Shown: in pieces, positions 48,708 to 57,418 of the stretch
How the letters are laid out: every line of letters starts with the position of its first letter
Numbering within the stretch: the stretch's first letter is position 1
From: Dehalococcoidia bacterium
Lineage (GTDB): Bacteria; Chloroflexota; Dehalococcoidia; Lucifugimonadales; UBA2985
Length of the DNA: 64,000 bases
Direction: 5' to 3'
Assembly (NCBI GenBank): GCA_034422115.1
Contig: DAOUJW010000017.1
Span: 119,379 to 183,378, forward strand
Notes under the pieces: generated by a model
Databases searched by the model: none
What the model saw: the letters and a program-made list of their open reading frames with translations, nothing else
Told to the model about the DNA's origin: nothing
Program-made: the position numbers and the translations under genes

Positions 48708-49079
48708 ATGGCTATGGTCTGTCGAGGAATACGCGGCGCGACCACCGCGGACGAGAACACCAAAGAGGCCATCCTGGAGGCCACCAGGGAGTTGCTGGCG
48801 GCAATCGTGGAGGCCAATGGCATTGACACGAAGGACATCGCCGCCACCTTCTTCACCACAACCCAGGACCTGAACGCCGAGTTCCCGGCGGTTGGCGCGC
48901 GCCAGATGGGCTGGGTGGATGTCCCCCTGATGTGCGGCCATGAGATGAACGTGCCCGACGCCCAGCCTCTGTGCATAAGGGTGCTGGTCCTGGTGAACAC
49001 GGAGAAGTCCCAGCGGGAGATGTCCCACCTGTACCTGAAGGGCGCCATTGGCCTCAGGAACCGGGGCGTAGCTCAGTAG
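48708..49079 (+). CDS. aroH: Chorismate mutase, AroH class
   Basis: MAMVCRGIRGATTADENTKEAILEATRELL...IRVLVLVNT is typical of AroH-type CM. ATG lies 2 nt after the trpA stop. Confidence 0.85.
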   Translation: MAMVCRGIRGATTADENTKEAILEATRELLAAIVEANGIDTKDIAATFFTTTQDLNAEFPAVGARQMGWVDVPLMCGHEMNVPDAQPLCIRVLVLVNTEKSQREMSHLYLKGAIGLRNRGVAQ

Positions 49080-49137
49080 GTACGACCTGTAAAGGCCGCT
49101 AAGAGACCTCTGAACAAGAGAGCGCCATTTCACCATT

Positions 49138-49269
49138 CCGTCATTCCTGCGGAAGCAGGAATCCAGGGTGGGGCGCGTCCGCTCATTCCCTTCGACAGGC
49201 TCAGGGTGAGCGGAAGCTGCCGAGTTACCCCATCCCGCTCATGGTGAGCCTGTCGAACCATATGAGCGG
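49138..49269. repeat. Repeat cluster: ATTCCTGCGGAAGCAGGAAT hairpin plus both CCGCTCAY units (order inverted relative to 827-918)
   Basis: CCGTCATTCCTGCGGAAGCAGGAATCCAGGG (49138-49168); CCGCTCATTCCCTTCGACAGGCTCAGGGTGAGCGG (49179-49213); CCGCTCATGGTGAGCCTGTCGAACCATATGAGCGG (49235-49269). Confidence 0.85.
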
Positions 49270-49292
49270 GATGTAGGCTACCAGCCGTGTGA

Positions 49293-49592
49293 TTACCTCA
49301 GGTAGATGATCACCCCCGCCGGCTGAAAGCTCACCTCAAGAGTTGCGCGCATGTCTCTCTGTGCAGCGGTTGAGTAGTCCTCGTAGCGCGGATCGTCCGG
49401 CGGCAGCTTGTGGAGGCACTCCTGTCCTAGTTGCTCCTGACGACAGAGGTGCGCGCCGTCGGCCTGTGCGTCCCAGAACGCCACGAACCTCATGGGGAAG
49501 AAGAGGGTCTCAGCGACGTTTCGGAGGTCGGCCATGGCCTCCGTGGCCCGGAACGGCCCCTCCGTATCAATGCTGACGACAATGCGCTCCAT
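49293..49592 (-). CDS. Hypothetical protein (only the C-terminal 99 aa of the 256-aa ORF looks coding)
   Basis: MERIVVSIDTEGPFRATEAMADLRNVAETLFFPMRF... has protein-like composition. The upstream part of the ORF is antisense to two better ORFs. Confidence 0.4.
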   Translation of the reverse strand: MERIVVSIDTEGPFRATEAMADLRNVAETLFFPMRFVAFWDAQADGAHLCRQEQLGQECLHKLPPDDPRYEDYSTAAQRDMRATLEVSFQPAGVIIYLR

Positions 49593-49640
49593 GGCGCGGG
49601 TAGTATAGCATGGGGCATTGGGCTGCGAAGGCGTGCTCTG

Positions 49641-49649
49641 TGATATAAT
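49641..49649 (+). promoter_or_regulatory. Extended -10 promoter element for the 49671 gene
   Basis: TGaTATAAT at 49641-49649, then AGGAGG (49660-49665) and ATG 49671. Confidence 0.45.
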
Positions 49650-49670
49650 GACTGACATCCAGGAGGCCTT

Positions 49671-50006
49671 ATGACGAACATAGTACCGGGCAAGCTGGAG
49701 ACTCCGTTGCACCCGGCAGTGCAAGCCTTCGCCGAGGGAGTTGGGGACGCGCGGCCTGAGCCGGCCGTGGTTGTGATTGCCCAAAGAATTGTAGCGGCGG
49801 CCATTAGCAAGACCACTGAACCTGAGATCTCTGTTGACGTCGATGGCGCGTTGTCCTTTGATCTGCGGCTTGCCAACGGCCTGCTGCTGATGGCAGAACT
49901 GGGAGTCGACGGTACCTTGGATGCAGGCATAATCGACGATAAGCAAGGCTCCATAGTAGAGCGTCTTCGGAATACCACGGCAGAGGAGCTTATCCGCTGT
50001 TTCTGA
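49671..50006 (+). CDS. Hypothetical protein (111 aa)
   Basis: Strong AGGAGG RBS 5 nt upstream. No motif recognised. Confidence 0.6.
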   Translation: MTNIVPGKLETPLHPAVQAFAEGVGDARPEPAVVVIAQRIVAAAISKTTEPEISVDVDGALSFDLRLANGLLLMAELGVDGTLDAGIIDDKQGSIVERLRNTTAEELIRCF

Positions 50007-50015
50007 AGTGACGCT

Positions 50016-50441
50016 GTGCCTGTTCCTGCAGAAGACATCGTTTGCCGTTTTGTCCGCGCTCAAGACTGGAGCAGCCGGGACAACAGGCCTAGGCCAGGGG
50101 CGTTCAAGCAGGACAGCCTCTCAGTTTGGCACAGGGACAGGCTGCTGTCCCAGCAGGTACAACTTGAAGACCTCCGCATAGAGAACTTGGCTGCATCCGG
50201 CCAGGCTCATCACAGGGTTTCAGACTATCTCGAACTTACACAGGCTGCTTCAGAAAAGGCTGGAACTCCCTTTGCCGTGCAGGTTGAGTGGCGCCCGGAG
50301 GACGAATACGTGGCAGACCCATGGCGACGATGGCGGTACGCCCATGTCCAAGTTGAAGCAACTGTGGGGCCATCGCAGTTCCTGATGGAGTATCGGTGGC
50401 TGCTTGCAGTGAATTCGCGATACTTGGTCCCTCCCGGTTAA
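50016..50441 (+). CDS. Hypothetical protein (141 aa)
   Basis: ORF begins 9 nt after the previous gene (GTG start). Trp/Arg-rich. No motif recognised. Confidence 0.5.
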   Translation: MPVPAEDIVCRFVRAQDWSSRDNRPRPGAFKQDSLSVWHRDRLLSQQVQLEDLRIENLAASGQAHHRVSDYLELTQAASEKAGTPFAVQVEWRPEDEYVADPWRRWRYAHVQVEATVGPSQFLMEYRWLLAVNSRYLVPPG

Positions 50442-50476
50442 ACACTGAAAGGTACTGTGTGCATTCCAGCCACCCC

Positions 50477-50525
50477 TTGACGCACGCCTGCTCCCCGCAT
50501 ATCATTAGACCGACCAGTCGGTCTA
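50477..50525 (+). promoter_or_regulatory. Putative mqn operon promoter with an adjacent perfect palindrome (operator or 5' hairpin)
   Basis: TTGACG (50477-50482), 17-nt spacer, TATCAT (50500-50505), immediately followed by TAGACCGA-CCAG-TCGGTCTA (50506-50525). Confidence 0.45.
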
Positions 50526-50572
50526 CAACCTGTTAACGCAAACGAGAGCCTCAAGAAAGGGATCAAGAGAGT

Positions 50573-51679
50573 ATGGCCACAGCAGCGGTTTCGCCTGAGA
50601 TTCGCTTCAGCGACCAGTCGCTGGCTCCCGTCTGGGAGAAGGTTCGGGAGGGGGAGCGCATCTCCTTTGAGGACGGCATGACCTGCCTCCAGACCAGGGA
50701 CATCATCTCCCTGGGCCGTATGGCTAACTACGCCAAGGAGCAGATGTGGGGCGACAAGGCGTTCTTCGTGTTCAACCGCCAGATAAACCCCACCAACATC
50801 TGCGTCCTCTCCTGTACCTTCTGCGACTTCGCGAAGAAGAAGGGCGACGCCGATGCCTACGAGATGGGCATGGAGGAGATCCTGTCCAAGCTCCACGATG
50901 ACCTGCACGAAGTACACATTGTGGGCGGCCACCACCCGGACTGGCCCTTCGAGCGGTACGAGGGCATTGTGAAGGGCATCCACGAGGCGTTCCCGCACAT
51001 ACGCATCAAGGCGTGGACGGCGTCGGAGATTGACTACTTCTGCAAGCGGTTCAAGATGTCTGAGGAGGAGGTGTTTACACGGATGAAGGAGGCCGGCCTG
51101 GAGTCGATGCCCGGCGGCGGCGCGGAGGTATTCTCCAATCGCGTCCGCAAGGAGCTGTTCCCGGGCAAGAACTCCGCCGAGCGCTGGCTGGACATACATC
51201 GCATGGCCCACAACATGGGCATACCCTCCAACGCCACCCTTCTGTACGGCCACATCGAGACCTACGAGGAGCGCATCCAGCACATGATGATGCTGCGGGA
51301 GCTCCAGGACGAATCGCCCGGCTTCCTGGCCTTCATTCCCCTGGAGTACCAGGTAGGCACCACCAACCTTGTCCCGCGCCAGGCGTCGTCCGTCGAGGAC
51401 CTGCGCACCATCGCCACCTCACGCCTGATGCTGGACAACTTCCCCCACATCAAGGCCTACTGGGTGATGATCGGCGAGGAGACGGCCTCCATCGCCCTGA
51501 ACTTCGGCGCAAGCGACCTTGACGGCACAATTGGCGAAGAGCGAATTGCCCACGCCGCCCTGGCAGCAAGCCCCATCGGCCTGGCCCGTGAGCGGATGCT
51601 GCGCCTCATCCGGGACGCCGGCAAGACTCCGGTGGAGCGGGACGCCTTGTACAACGAGATCCATGTCTACGATAGCTAG
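50573..51679 (+). CDS. mqnE: Radical SAM menaquinone (futalosine pathway) enzyme, probably aminofutalosine synthase MqnE
   Basis: FVFNRQINPTNICVLSCTFCDFAKKKGDADAY CxxxCxxC cluster, CofH/MqnE-like length. The MqnE versus MqnC assignment rests on my recollection of the NPTNIC...CDF versus NYTNVC...CAFYR variants. Confidence 0.65.
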   Translation: MATAAVSPEIRFSDQSLAPVWEKVREGERISFEDGMTCLQTRDIISLGRMANYAKEQMWGDKAFFVFNRQINPTNICVLSCTFCDFAKKKGDADAYEMGMEEILSKLHDDLHEVHIVGGHHPDWPFERYEGIVKGIHEAFPHIRIKAWTASEIDYFCKRFKMSEEEVFTRMKEAGLESMPGGGAEVFSNRVRKELFPGKNSAERWLDIHRMAHNMGIPSNATLLYGHIETYEERIQHMMMLRELQDESPGFLAFIPLEYQVGTTNLVPRQASSVEDLRTIATSRLMLDNFPHIKAYWVMIGEETASIALNFGASDLDGTIGEERIAHAALAASPIGLARERMLRLIRDAGKTPVERDALYNEIHVYDS

Positions 51680-52442
51680 AGTAGGTCAGATTCCGTACCT
51701 GAACTGCGAGCCCTACTACCACGGGCTTGCCCTGGAGGGCGTGGAGCTTTGCCCCATGCCGCCAAGCTACATGGGCCCCCTGGCGCAGGCGGAGAAGCTG
51801 GACGCCGGGCCGTTCTCCCTGGTCCAGAGCTTTGACCTGGAGGACAGGTACGAGTACCTGGGCGGCATGGGAATCAGCGCCAAAGGCCCGGTGCTGAGCA
51901 TCCTCTTCTACTCCCGCGTGCCAATGGAGGAGCTGTCGGGGGCGCTGGTGGGCACGACCCGCGAGTCGGCCACGTCGGTGCAGCTTATGAAGATCATCCT
52001 GGAGCACAGGTGCGGTGTGCGGCCAAAGGAGTACACCGCTCTGGACGTGCCTGGACTGGACGCCTTCCTGCTCATCGGCGACGACGCTCTCGCCACACAC
52101 GGGCGCGTTGAGGAATACCCCTATCGCTATGACCTGGCGGAGGAGTGGTACGACTGGAAGGGCCTGCCATTCGTGTTCGCCGTGTGGATGGCGCGCAAGT
52201 CCCTGGACGACGGCGTGAAGGCGATGCTGGCCGATGGCCTGAGTAAGAACCTAGCCTGGAACATGGCGAACAACCTTGAGGCAATATCCGACAAGAGGGC
52301 GTACATGGGTATGACGCGTGAAGAGGTGGCAGGCTATCTGCGGGGGTTGCGATTCACCCTGGATGCAGAAGACATGGAGGCCATCGACGTGTTCAGACGG
52401 GAGTGGCGATCTCTCGCTGTGTTAAAGGAGGCGACGGCATGA
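51663..52442 (+). CDS. mqnA: Chorismate dehydratase MqnA
   Basis: MSTIARVGQIPYLNCEPYYHGL... (VitK2_biosynth fold). Overlaps the mqnE end. Confidence 0.75.
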   Translation: MSTIARVGQIPYLNCEPYYHGLALEGVELCPMPPSYMGPLAQAEKLDAGPFSLVQSFDLEDRYEYLGGMGISAKGPVLSILFYSRVPMEELSGALVGTTRESATSVQLMKIILEHRCGVRPKEYTALDVPGLDAFLLIGDDALATHGRVEEYPYRYDLAEEWYDWKGLPFVFAVWMARKSLDDGVKAMLADGLSKNLAWNMANNLEAISDKRAYMGMTREEVAGYLRGLRFTLDAEDMEAIDVFRREWRSLAVLKEATA

Positions 52443-53554
52443 GTGCGACAATCCAGATGAAGGACGTAGCGGAAAAGGTGCGTTCCGGGGAGAGAATCGA
52501 TCAGGAGGAAGGTCTTTACCTGCTGGAAGAGGCTCCGCTTCTGGAGCTTGGCGCGCTGGCCCAGGAGGTGCGCTTCAGGCACAACCCCAAGCCGGTGGTC
52601 ACCTTTGTCGTTGACACCAATCTGAACTACACAAACGTCTGCGATGCTTACTGCACCTTCTGCGCCTTCTATCGCACGGAGAAGGACGAGGACGCCTACA
52701 CCTACTCCGTGGAGCAGATGATGGAGATGGTGGGCAACGCGGCCAGCAAGGGCGTGACGACGGTGCTCCTCCAGGGCGGACTCAACCCCAAGCTGCCGAT
52801 GGAGTACTACGAAGACTTGGTGCGAGAGACCCGGGCGCGCTACCCCCAGGTGCTGCCCCACTTCTTCTCCGCGCCGGAGATACAGAAGATGTCTCAGGTC
52901 TCGGAGATCCCGCTATCTGAGGTATTGCGCAGGCTAAAGGACGCGGGCCAGGAGACGCTGCCCGGCGGCGGCTCCGAGGTGCTTTCGGACACGGTCAAGC
53001 ACCGGCTCAGCCGCCTGTGGCCCAAGGGCCGCGTGCAGGACTGGGTAGACGTGCACCGGGAGGCCCACAAGCTGGGCTACAGGACGACCGCCACGATGAT
53101 GTACGGCCACCTTGAGAAGCCGTCCGACCTCATCGAGCACCTGGAGCACACCCGCTCCGTCCAGGACGAGGCGCTGGCCGGCGGCCAGCCGGGGTTCACG
53201 GCCTTCATCCCCTGGAGCTACAAGCGGGAGAACACCGCCCTGGGCGCAAGGGTCAAGACTGAACAGGGCCCCAACCCCTACCTGCGCATGATTGCCCTTT
53301 CCAGGATTTACCTGGACAACGTGCAGCACATTCAGGCGTCCTGGTTCTCCGAGAGGAAGAAGACGGGCGAGGTGGCCCTCAGCTTTGGCGCGGACGACTT
53401 CGGCGGGACGCTTTTCGACGAGAACGTGATGCAGGAGGCGGGTTTCTACAACCGCACCACCGCCGACGAGGTGAAGGACATAATCCGCGATGCCGGTTTC
53501 ATGCCCGCGCAGCGCACCACCAAGTACGAGATTCTGAAGGTGTTCGACGAGTAG
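52439..53554 (+). CDS. mqnC: Radical SAM menaquinone enzyme, probably cyclic dehypoxanthinyl futalosine synthase MqnC
   Basis: FVVDTNLNYTNVCDAYCTFCAFYRTEKDEDAY. ATGA overlap with the mqnA stop. Confidence 0.65.
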   Translation: MSATIQMKDVAEKVRSGERIDQEEGLYLLEEAPLLELGALAQEVRFRHNPKPVVTFVVDTNLNYTNVCDAYCTFCAFYRTEKDEDAYTYSVEQMMEMVGNAASKGVTTVLLQGGLNPKLPMEYYEDLVRETRARYPQVLPHFFSAPEIQKMSQVSEIPLSEVLRRLKDAGQETLPGGGSEVLSDTVKHRLSRLWPKGRVQDWVDVHREAHKLGYRTTATMMYGHLEKPSDLIEHLEHTRSVQDEALAGGQPGFTAFIPWSYKRENTALGARVKTEQGPNPYLRMIALSRIYLDNVQHIQASWFSERKKTGEVALSFGADDFGGTLFDENVMQEAGFYNRTTADEVKDIIRDAGFMPAQRTTKYEILKVFDE

Positions 53555-53574
53555 GGTCGCTCGATGGAGGCAGC

Positions 53575-54402
53575 ATGTCCGTAATCCGCATAGGCCACAG
53601 CCCGGACGCCGACGACGCGTTCATGTACTACGCCATCGCCCACGGCAAGGTGCCGGTGGGTGACTACGAGGTTCAGCACGTCCTGGAGGACATCGAGAGC
53701 CTCAACAAGAGGGCGCTGAGCGGTGAGCTGGAGGGCACGGCCATCTCCGCGGGCGCATACCCCCAGGTGGCGGACAAGTACCGCATAATGAGCGTGGGCT
53801 CCTCCATTGGGCGGAATTATGGCCCCATGATCGTGGCCCGCGCCGACCGGGGCGAGACTTCCATCCAGGGCGCGCGGGTCGCCATACCGGGAACCTACAC
53901 TACGGCCTACCTTCTGTTGCGGCTGTACGCGGACGGCTTTGACCCCGTCCCAATCGACTTCGACAAGATCATGCCAGCCGTCCTCGACAAGGAGGTGGAC
54001 GCCGGTCTGCTCATACACGAGGGCCAGGTCACCTACGGCGACGCTGGTCTGGTGAAGCTGCTGGACCTGGGCGAGGCCTGGGGCCAGGACACGGGCCTGC
54101 CCATACCACTTGGCCTGGACATGGTGCGCCGCGACCTGGGTGAAGAGGTGGCGCAGCTCATGGCAGACTCCCTGCGGGACAGCATCCAGTACGCCTTTGA
54201 CCACGAGGACGAGGCGCTGGACTACGCCATTCAGTTCAGCCGAGGGATTGAGCGGGAGACCTGCCGACGCTTTGTGCGGATGTACGTCAACGACGACACG
54301 CTGGACATGGGCGAGGAGGGGAAGAGGGCCTTGGAGACGCTCTTCTCCAGGGCGGTTGAGCGCGGCATAATTGGCTCAATCCCGCCAATAGACCTGATTT
54401 AG
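53575..54402 (+). CDS. mqnD: 1,4-dihydroxy-6-naphthoate synthase MqnD
   Basis: IRIGHSPDADDAFMYYAIAHGKV...LEDIESLNKRAL...GLLIHEGQVTY is collinear with the Thermus MqnD sequence as I recall it. Confidence 0.8.
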   Translation: MSVIRIGHSPDADDAFMYYAIAHGKVPVGDYEVQHVLEDIESLNKRALSGELEGTAISAGAYPQVADKYRIMSVGSSIGRNYGPMIVARADRGETSIQGARVAIPGTYTTAYLLLRLYADGFDPVPIDFDKIMPAVLDKEVDAGLLIHEGQVTYGDAGLVKLLDLGEAWGQDTGLPIPLGLDMVRRDLGEEVAQLMADSLRDSIQYAFDHEDEALDYAIQFSRGIERETCRRFVRMYVNDDTLDMGEEGKRALETLFSRAVERGIIGSIPPIDLI

Positions 54403-55199
54403 TCTCCGGCCGGAGGCTCTCCAGGCTTCAGAGACGCCCTGATTTCGCGGGTCACCTTGCGCACCTCTTTAGTGCGGGCGGATGCTGTCAGGTCGGTGTG
54501 TATGGGCGTAATGGAGACTCGCCGACGTCGTATAGTCCATACGTCCAGCCCCTTCTCCAGCACCCATCCCGGGCTTTCCCGCGTAATCCAATAGAACTTT
54601 CGACGGCCGTTGTCCTCCTCCTTGACCACGTCCATGTAGGTGCGCTGTCCCAGGTGTGTCAGTGACACGCCCTTGAGCTTCTCCTGTGGCACGTTGGGCA
54701 CATTTATGTTCAGGAGCAGAGGGGCCTTGAGGGCCTCCTGGCTTACCGCCTCAGCCAGCTGCCGGATGACGTTTGCGGCCGGCGTGAAGTGCACGTCTCT
54801 CAGGGCGGTCACGGAGACGGCAATGGCCGGTATGCCCCGGAAAAATCCCTGGAGCGCCGCTCCCACAGTGCCGGAGATGAAGACGTCGTTGCCCATGTTG
54901 GCGCCCGGGTTTATGCCGGAGACCACCAGGTCGAACTTCTCCTCTCCAACCAGGGACTCCACCCCGAGGATGGTGCTATCCGCGGGCGTCCCCTCGACCG
55001 CGTAGGTCTTGACGCCCTCTATGAGGGGCATGACCTCCCTGACGTGGACGGGATTGTTCAGGGTGATGGCGGTGCCCACCCCGCTCTGCTCCCGGTCCGG
55101 GGCCACGACCACCACGTCTCCAACTTCCTTGAGAGCCGCGACAGAGGCCCACAGGCCCGGGGCGTATACGCCGTCGTCATTGGTAGCCAGGATTAGCAA
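54399..55199 (-). CDS. surE: 5'/3'-nucleotidase SurE
   Basis: MLILATNDDGVYAPGLW...SGINPGANMGNDVFISGTVGAA. Confidence 0.92.
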   Translation of the reverse strand: MLILATNDDGVYAPGLWASVAALKEVGDVVVVAPDREQSGVGTAITLNNPVHVREVMPLIEGVKTYAVEGTPADSTILGVESLVGEEKFDLVVSGINPGANMGNDVFISGTVGAALQGFFRGIPAIAVSVTALRDVHFTPAANVIRQLAEAVSQEALKAPLLLNINVPNVPQEKLKGVSLTHLGQRTYMDVVKEEDNGRRKFYWITRESPGWVLEKGLDVWTIRRRRVSITPIHTDLTASARTKEVRKVTREIRASLKPGEPPAGD

Positions 55200-55298
55200 G
55201 AGCGCCTGCCTTGGGAGACCGGCTGGTCTATTTAAGTGTCGTGAACATCGGTAAGCACGGGCCTCAGTAGCCCGTGGTTCTGCTGGTTGAGTTCTGTA

Positions 55299-55463
55299 CT
55301 ATTTGTGGTTCTCCAGTGTAGGCGGCGGCTCATCAAAGGGCTGGCCATTGGCCTCCGCCTCCAGCCTACGCTCGTTCCACTCCTCCCACCTTTTATCTAC
55401 CTCGGCCCGTCCTTCCGCATAGCCCGCCTCGTACCGCTTTTTGAGAAACCGATCCGCCAGCAA
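55299..55463 (-). CDS. Micro-ORF (54 aa, TTG start), paralogue of 55470-55622; not in the ORF track
   Basis: (M)LADRFLKKRYEAGYAEGRAEVDKRWEEWNERRLEAEANGQPFDEPPPTLENHK. It shares MLAD-FLKKRY and WEEWNERR-EAEA-G--F-EPPPTLE with its neighbour. Confidence 0.5.
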   Translation of the reverse strand: MLADRFLKKRYEAGYAEGRAEVDKRWEEWNERRLEAEANGQPFDEPPPTLENHK

Positions 55464-55469
55464 GCTAGC

Positions 55470-55622
55470 CTACTCCCGCTTCTCTAAGGTAGGCGGCGGC
55501 TCGTTAAAAGCCTCTCCCCTGGCCTCTGCTTCCTGCCGGCGCTCGTTCCACTCCTCCCATATCTTTTGCCGCTTGGCCTCTCCCTCAGCATACCGCTTCT
55601 TGAGAAAACTGTCCGCCAACAT
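55470..55622 (-). CDS. Micro-ORF (50 aa), paralogue of 55299-55463; not in the ORF track
   Basis: ATG preceded by GGAAGGAG. MLADSFLKKRYAEGEAKRQKIWEEWNERRQEAEARGEAFNEPPPTLEKRE. Confidence 0.55.
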   Translation of the reverse strand: MLADSFLKKRYAEGEAKRQKIWEEWNERRQEAEARGEAFNEPPPTLEKRE

Positions 55623-55692
55623 GGCTGCTCCTTCCACTCGCCAACCCATGATACCACAACGGGCTGTGACGCAACGGACATTGGCGGGAGGC

Positions 55693-56538
55693 CTAAAGCC
55701 CCTCGTTGCCCAGGACCATGTTGTCTATGAGGCGCGCCCTGCCAATCCTCACGGCCAGGGACGCGAGCGCGGGAGCCTGCATCGTGTCCAGTTCCTCCAG
55801 CGTCTCCGTGTCGGCGATGCTGACGTAGTCAATCCGGGCCAGGGGCTCGGCCTGGATGAGCTCGCGCATGGCTGCCCTTATCTGAGACGCCGAGGCCACG
55901 CCGTTGGCGAACATCTCCTGGGCCAGGCACAGCGATCGGTAGAGGACCAGCGCCGCCTCCCGCTCTTGGGGGTTGAGGTAGGCGTTGCGGCTGCTCATGG
56001 CAAGGCCGTCGGGTTCCCGGATGGTGGGCATCACAACCGGCTCCACGCCCAGGTTCAGGTCGGCGTTTATCCTCCGTATCACCTGGGCCTGCTGCGCGTC
56101 CTTCTGCCCGAAGTAGGCCCTGTCCGGCCTGACGATGGTGAACAGCTTTGTAACCACTGTGGCCACGCCCCGGAAGTGGCCGGGCCTGGACTCCCCCTCA
56201 AGGCGGCTGGCGAGACGCTCCACATCCACCCAGGTGTCGAAGCCGTTGGGGTACATGTCATCCGGCTGGGGAAGAAACACCAGATCGACGCCGCGCTCCT
56301 CCAGCAGCGCCAGGTCGCGGTCCAGGTCACGGGGATAGGAGCGATAGTCCTCGTTCGGCCCGAACTGGGTGGGATTGACGAAGATGCTCGTCGCTACGGT
56401 CGAGTTCTCCTCCCGGGCCCTGTGCACCAGGGACAGGTGACCCTCGTGCAGAGCGCCCATAGTGGGCACAAGGCCCAGGGGTCTGGCGACCTCACGCTGG
56501 GCCGCCGACATCTCCGCCACCGTGTGGATGAGCCTCAT
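55693..56538 (-). CDS. panC: Pantoate--beta-alanine ligase
   Basis: LVPTMGALHEGHLSLV and FVNPTQFGPNEDY. Confidence 0.93.
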   Translation of the reverse strand: MRLIHTVAEMSAAQREVARPLGLVPTMGALHEGHLSLVHRAREENSTVATSIFVNPTQFGPNEDYRSYPRDLDRDLALLEERGVDLVFLPQPDDMYPNGFDTWVDVERLASRLEGESRPGHFRGVATVVTKLFTIVRPDRAYFGQKDAQQAQVIRRINADLNLGVEPVVMPTIREPDGLAMSSRNAYLNPQEREAALVLYRSLCLAQEMFANGVASASQIRAAMRELIQAEPLARIDYVSIADTETLEELDTMQAPALASLAVRIGRARLIDNMVLGNEGL

Positions 56539-56542
56539 GGGG

Positions 56543-57382
56543 CTAGCGGACTTGGGCCATCAGCTCCGCCAGGACTTCCTCCTTGAGGTGGTAGCTGTGG
56601 CTTGGGTCGGGGAAGCTCCGGTCCTTCACCTCCGCGGCGTACTGCCTCACCGCGCTGGCCACCGTATCGCCCAGGCTGGCGTACCGCTTGGCGTGCTTGG
56701 GCACAAAGTCGTTGATGAGGCCGAGCATGTCGTGGAACACCTGCACCTGGCCGTCACACTCCTTGCCCGCGCCTATGCCAATGGTCGGTATCGAGAGGCG
56801 GTCCGTGATGAGCTTGGACAGGGACTCGGGCACGCACTCCAGGACGATGGCGAAGGCTCCCGCCTGCTCCAGGGCCCGGGCGTCCTCCATCACCCTGACG
56901 GCGGTCTTGAGGGTCCTGCCTTGTACCTTGTAGCCGCCCAGCTGGTTCACCGACTGGGGCGTGAGGCCGATGTGACCCATCACGGGGATGCCTGCGGAAA
57001 CCAGGCGTTGCACCGTAGAGGCCATTGCCACTCCGCCCTCCAGCTTCACCGTCTGCGCGCCGGCTTCCTGGAGGAAGCGGGCGGCGTTTCGCAGCGCGTC
57101 GGTGGAGCCGGTCTGGTAGGACATGAAGGGCATGTCGCCCACAATCAGGGCTCTGCTGGAGCCGCGCACCACCGTCTTGGTGTGGTGGATCATCTCGTCC
57201 ATAGTGACCGGGACTGTCGAGTCGTATCCCAGCATCGTCTGGCCCAGGCTGTCGCCCACCAGGATCATCGGGATGTCGGCGGCGTCCACAATCCGGGCCG
57301 AGGTGTAGTCGTAGGCGGTAATCATGGGGATTTTCTCTCCCCTCGCCTTCATTGCCTTGATGTCGCTTATGGTTACCCGCAT
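56543..57382 (-). CDS. panB: 3-methyl-2-oxobutanoate hydroxymethyltransferase
   Basis: ITAYDYTSARI...ILVGDSLGQTMLGY...VKLEGG...GHIGLTPQS. Confidence 0.93.
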   Translation of the reverse strand: MRVTISDIKAMKARGEKIPMITAYDYTSARIVDAADIPMILVGDSLGQTMLGYDSTVPVTMDEMIHHTKTVVRGSSRALIVGDMPFMSYQTGSTDALRNAARFLQEAGAQTVKLEGGVAMASTVQRLVSAGIPVMGHIGLTPQSVNQLGGYKVQGRTLKTAVRVMEDARALEQAGAFAIVLECVPESLSKLITDRLSIPTIGIGAGKECDGQVQVFHDMLGLINDFVPKHAKRYASLGDTVASAVRQYAAEVKDRSFPDPSHSYHLKEEVLAELMAQVR

Positions 57383-57418
57383 GTCAACCTCCTACGCGCC
57401 CTTCCGGGTCGCGTGAAT

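Noticed and set aside
49593-50063. Upper half of the 256-aa minus-strand ORF
   Set aside because: It is antisense to two plus-strand ORFs that have a promoter and a perfect RBS. Its composition (C/R/H/Q rich) looks non-coding.
55441-56586. 381-aa plus-strand ORF
   Set aside because: It is antisense to panC and to the micro-ORF pair. It has no motifs.
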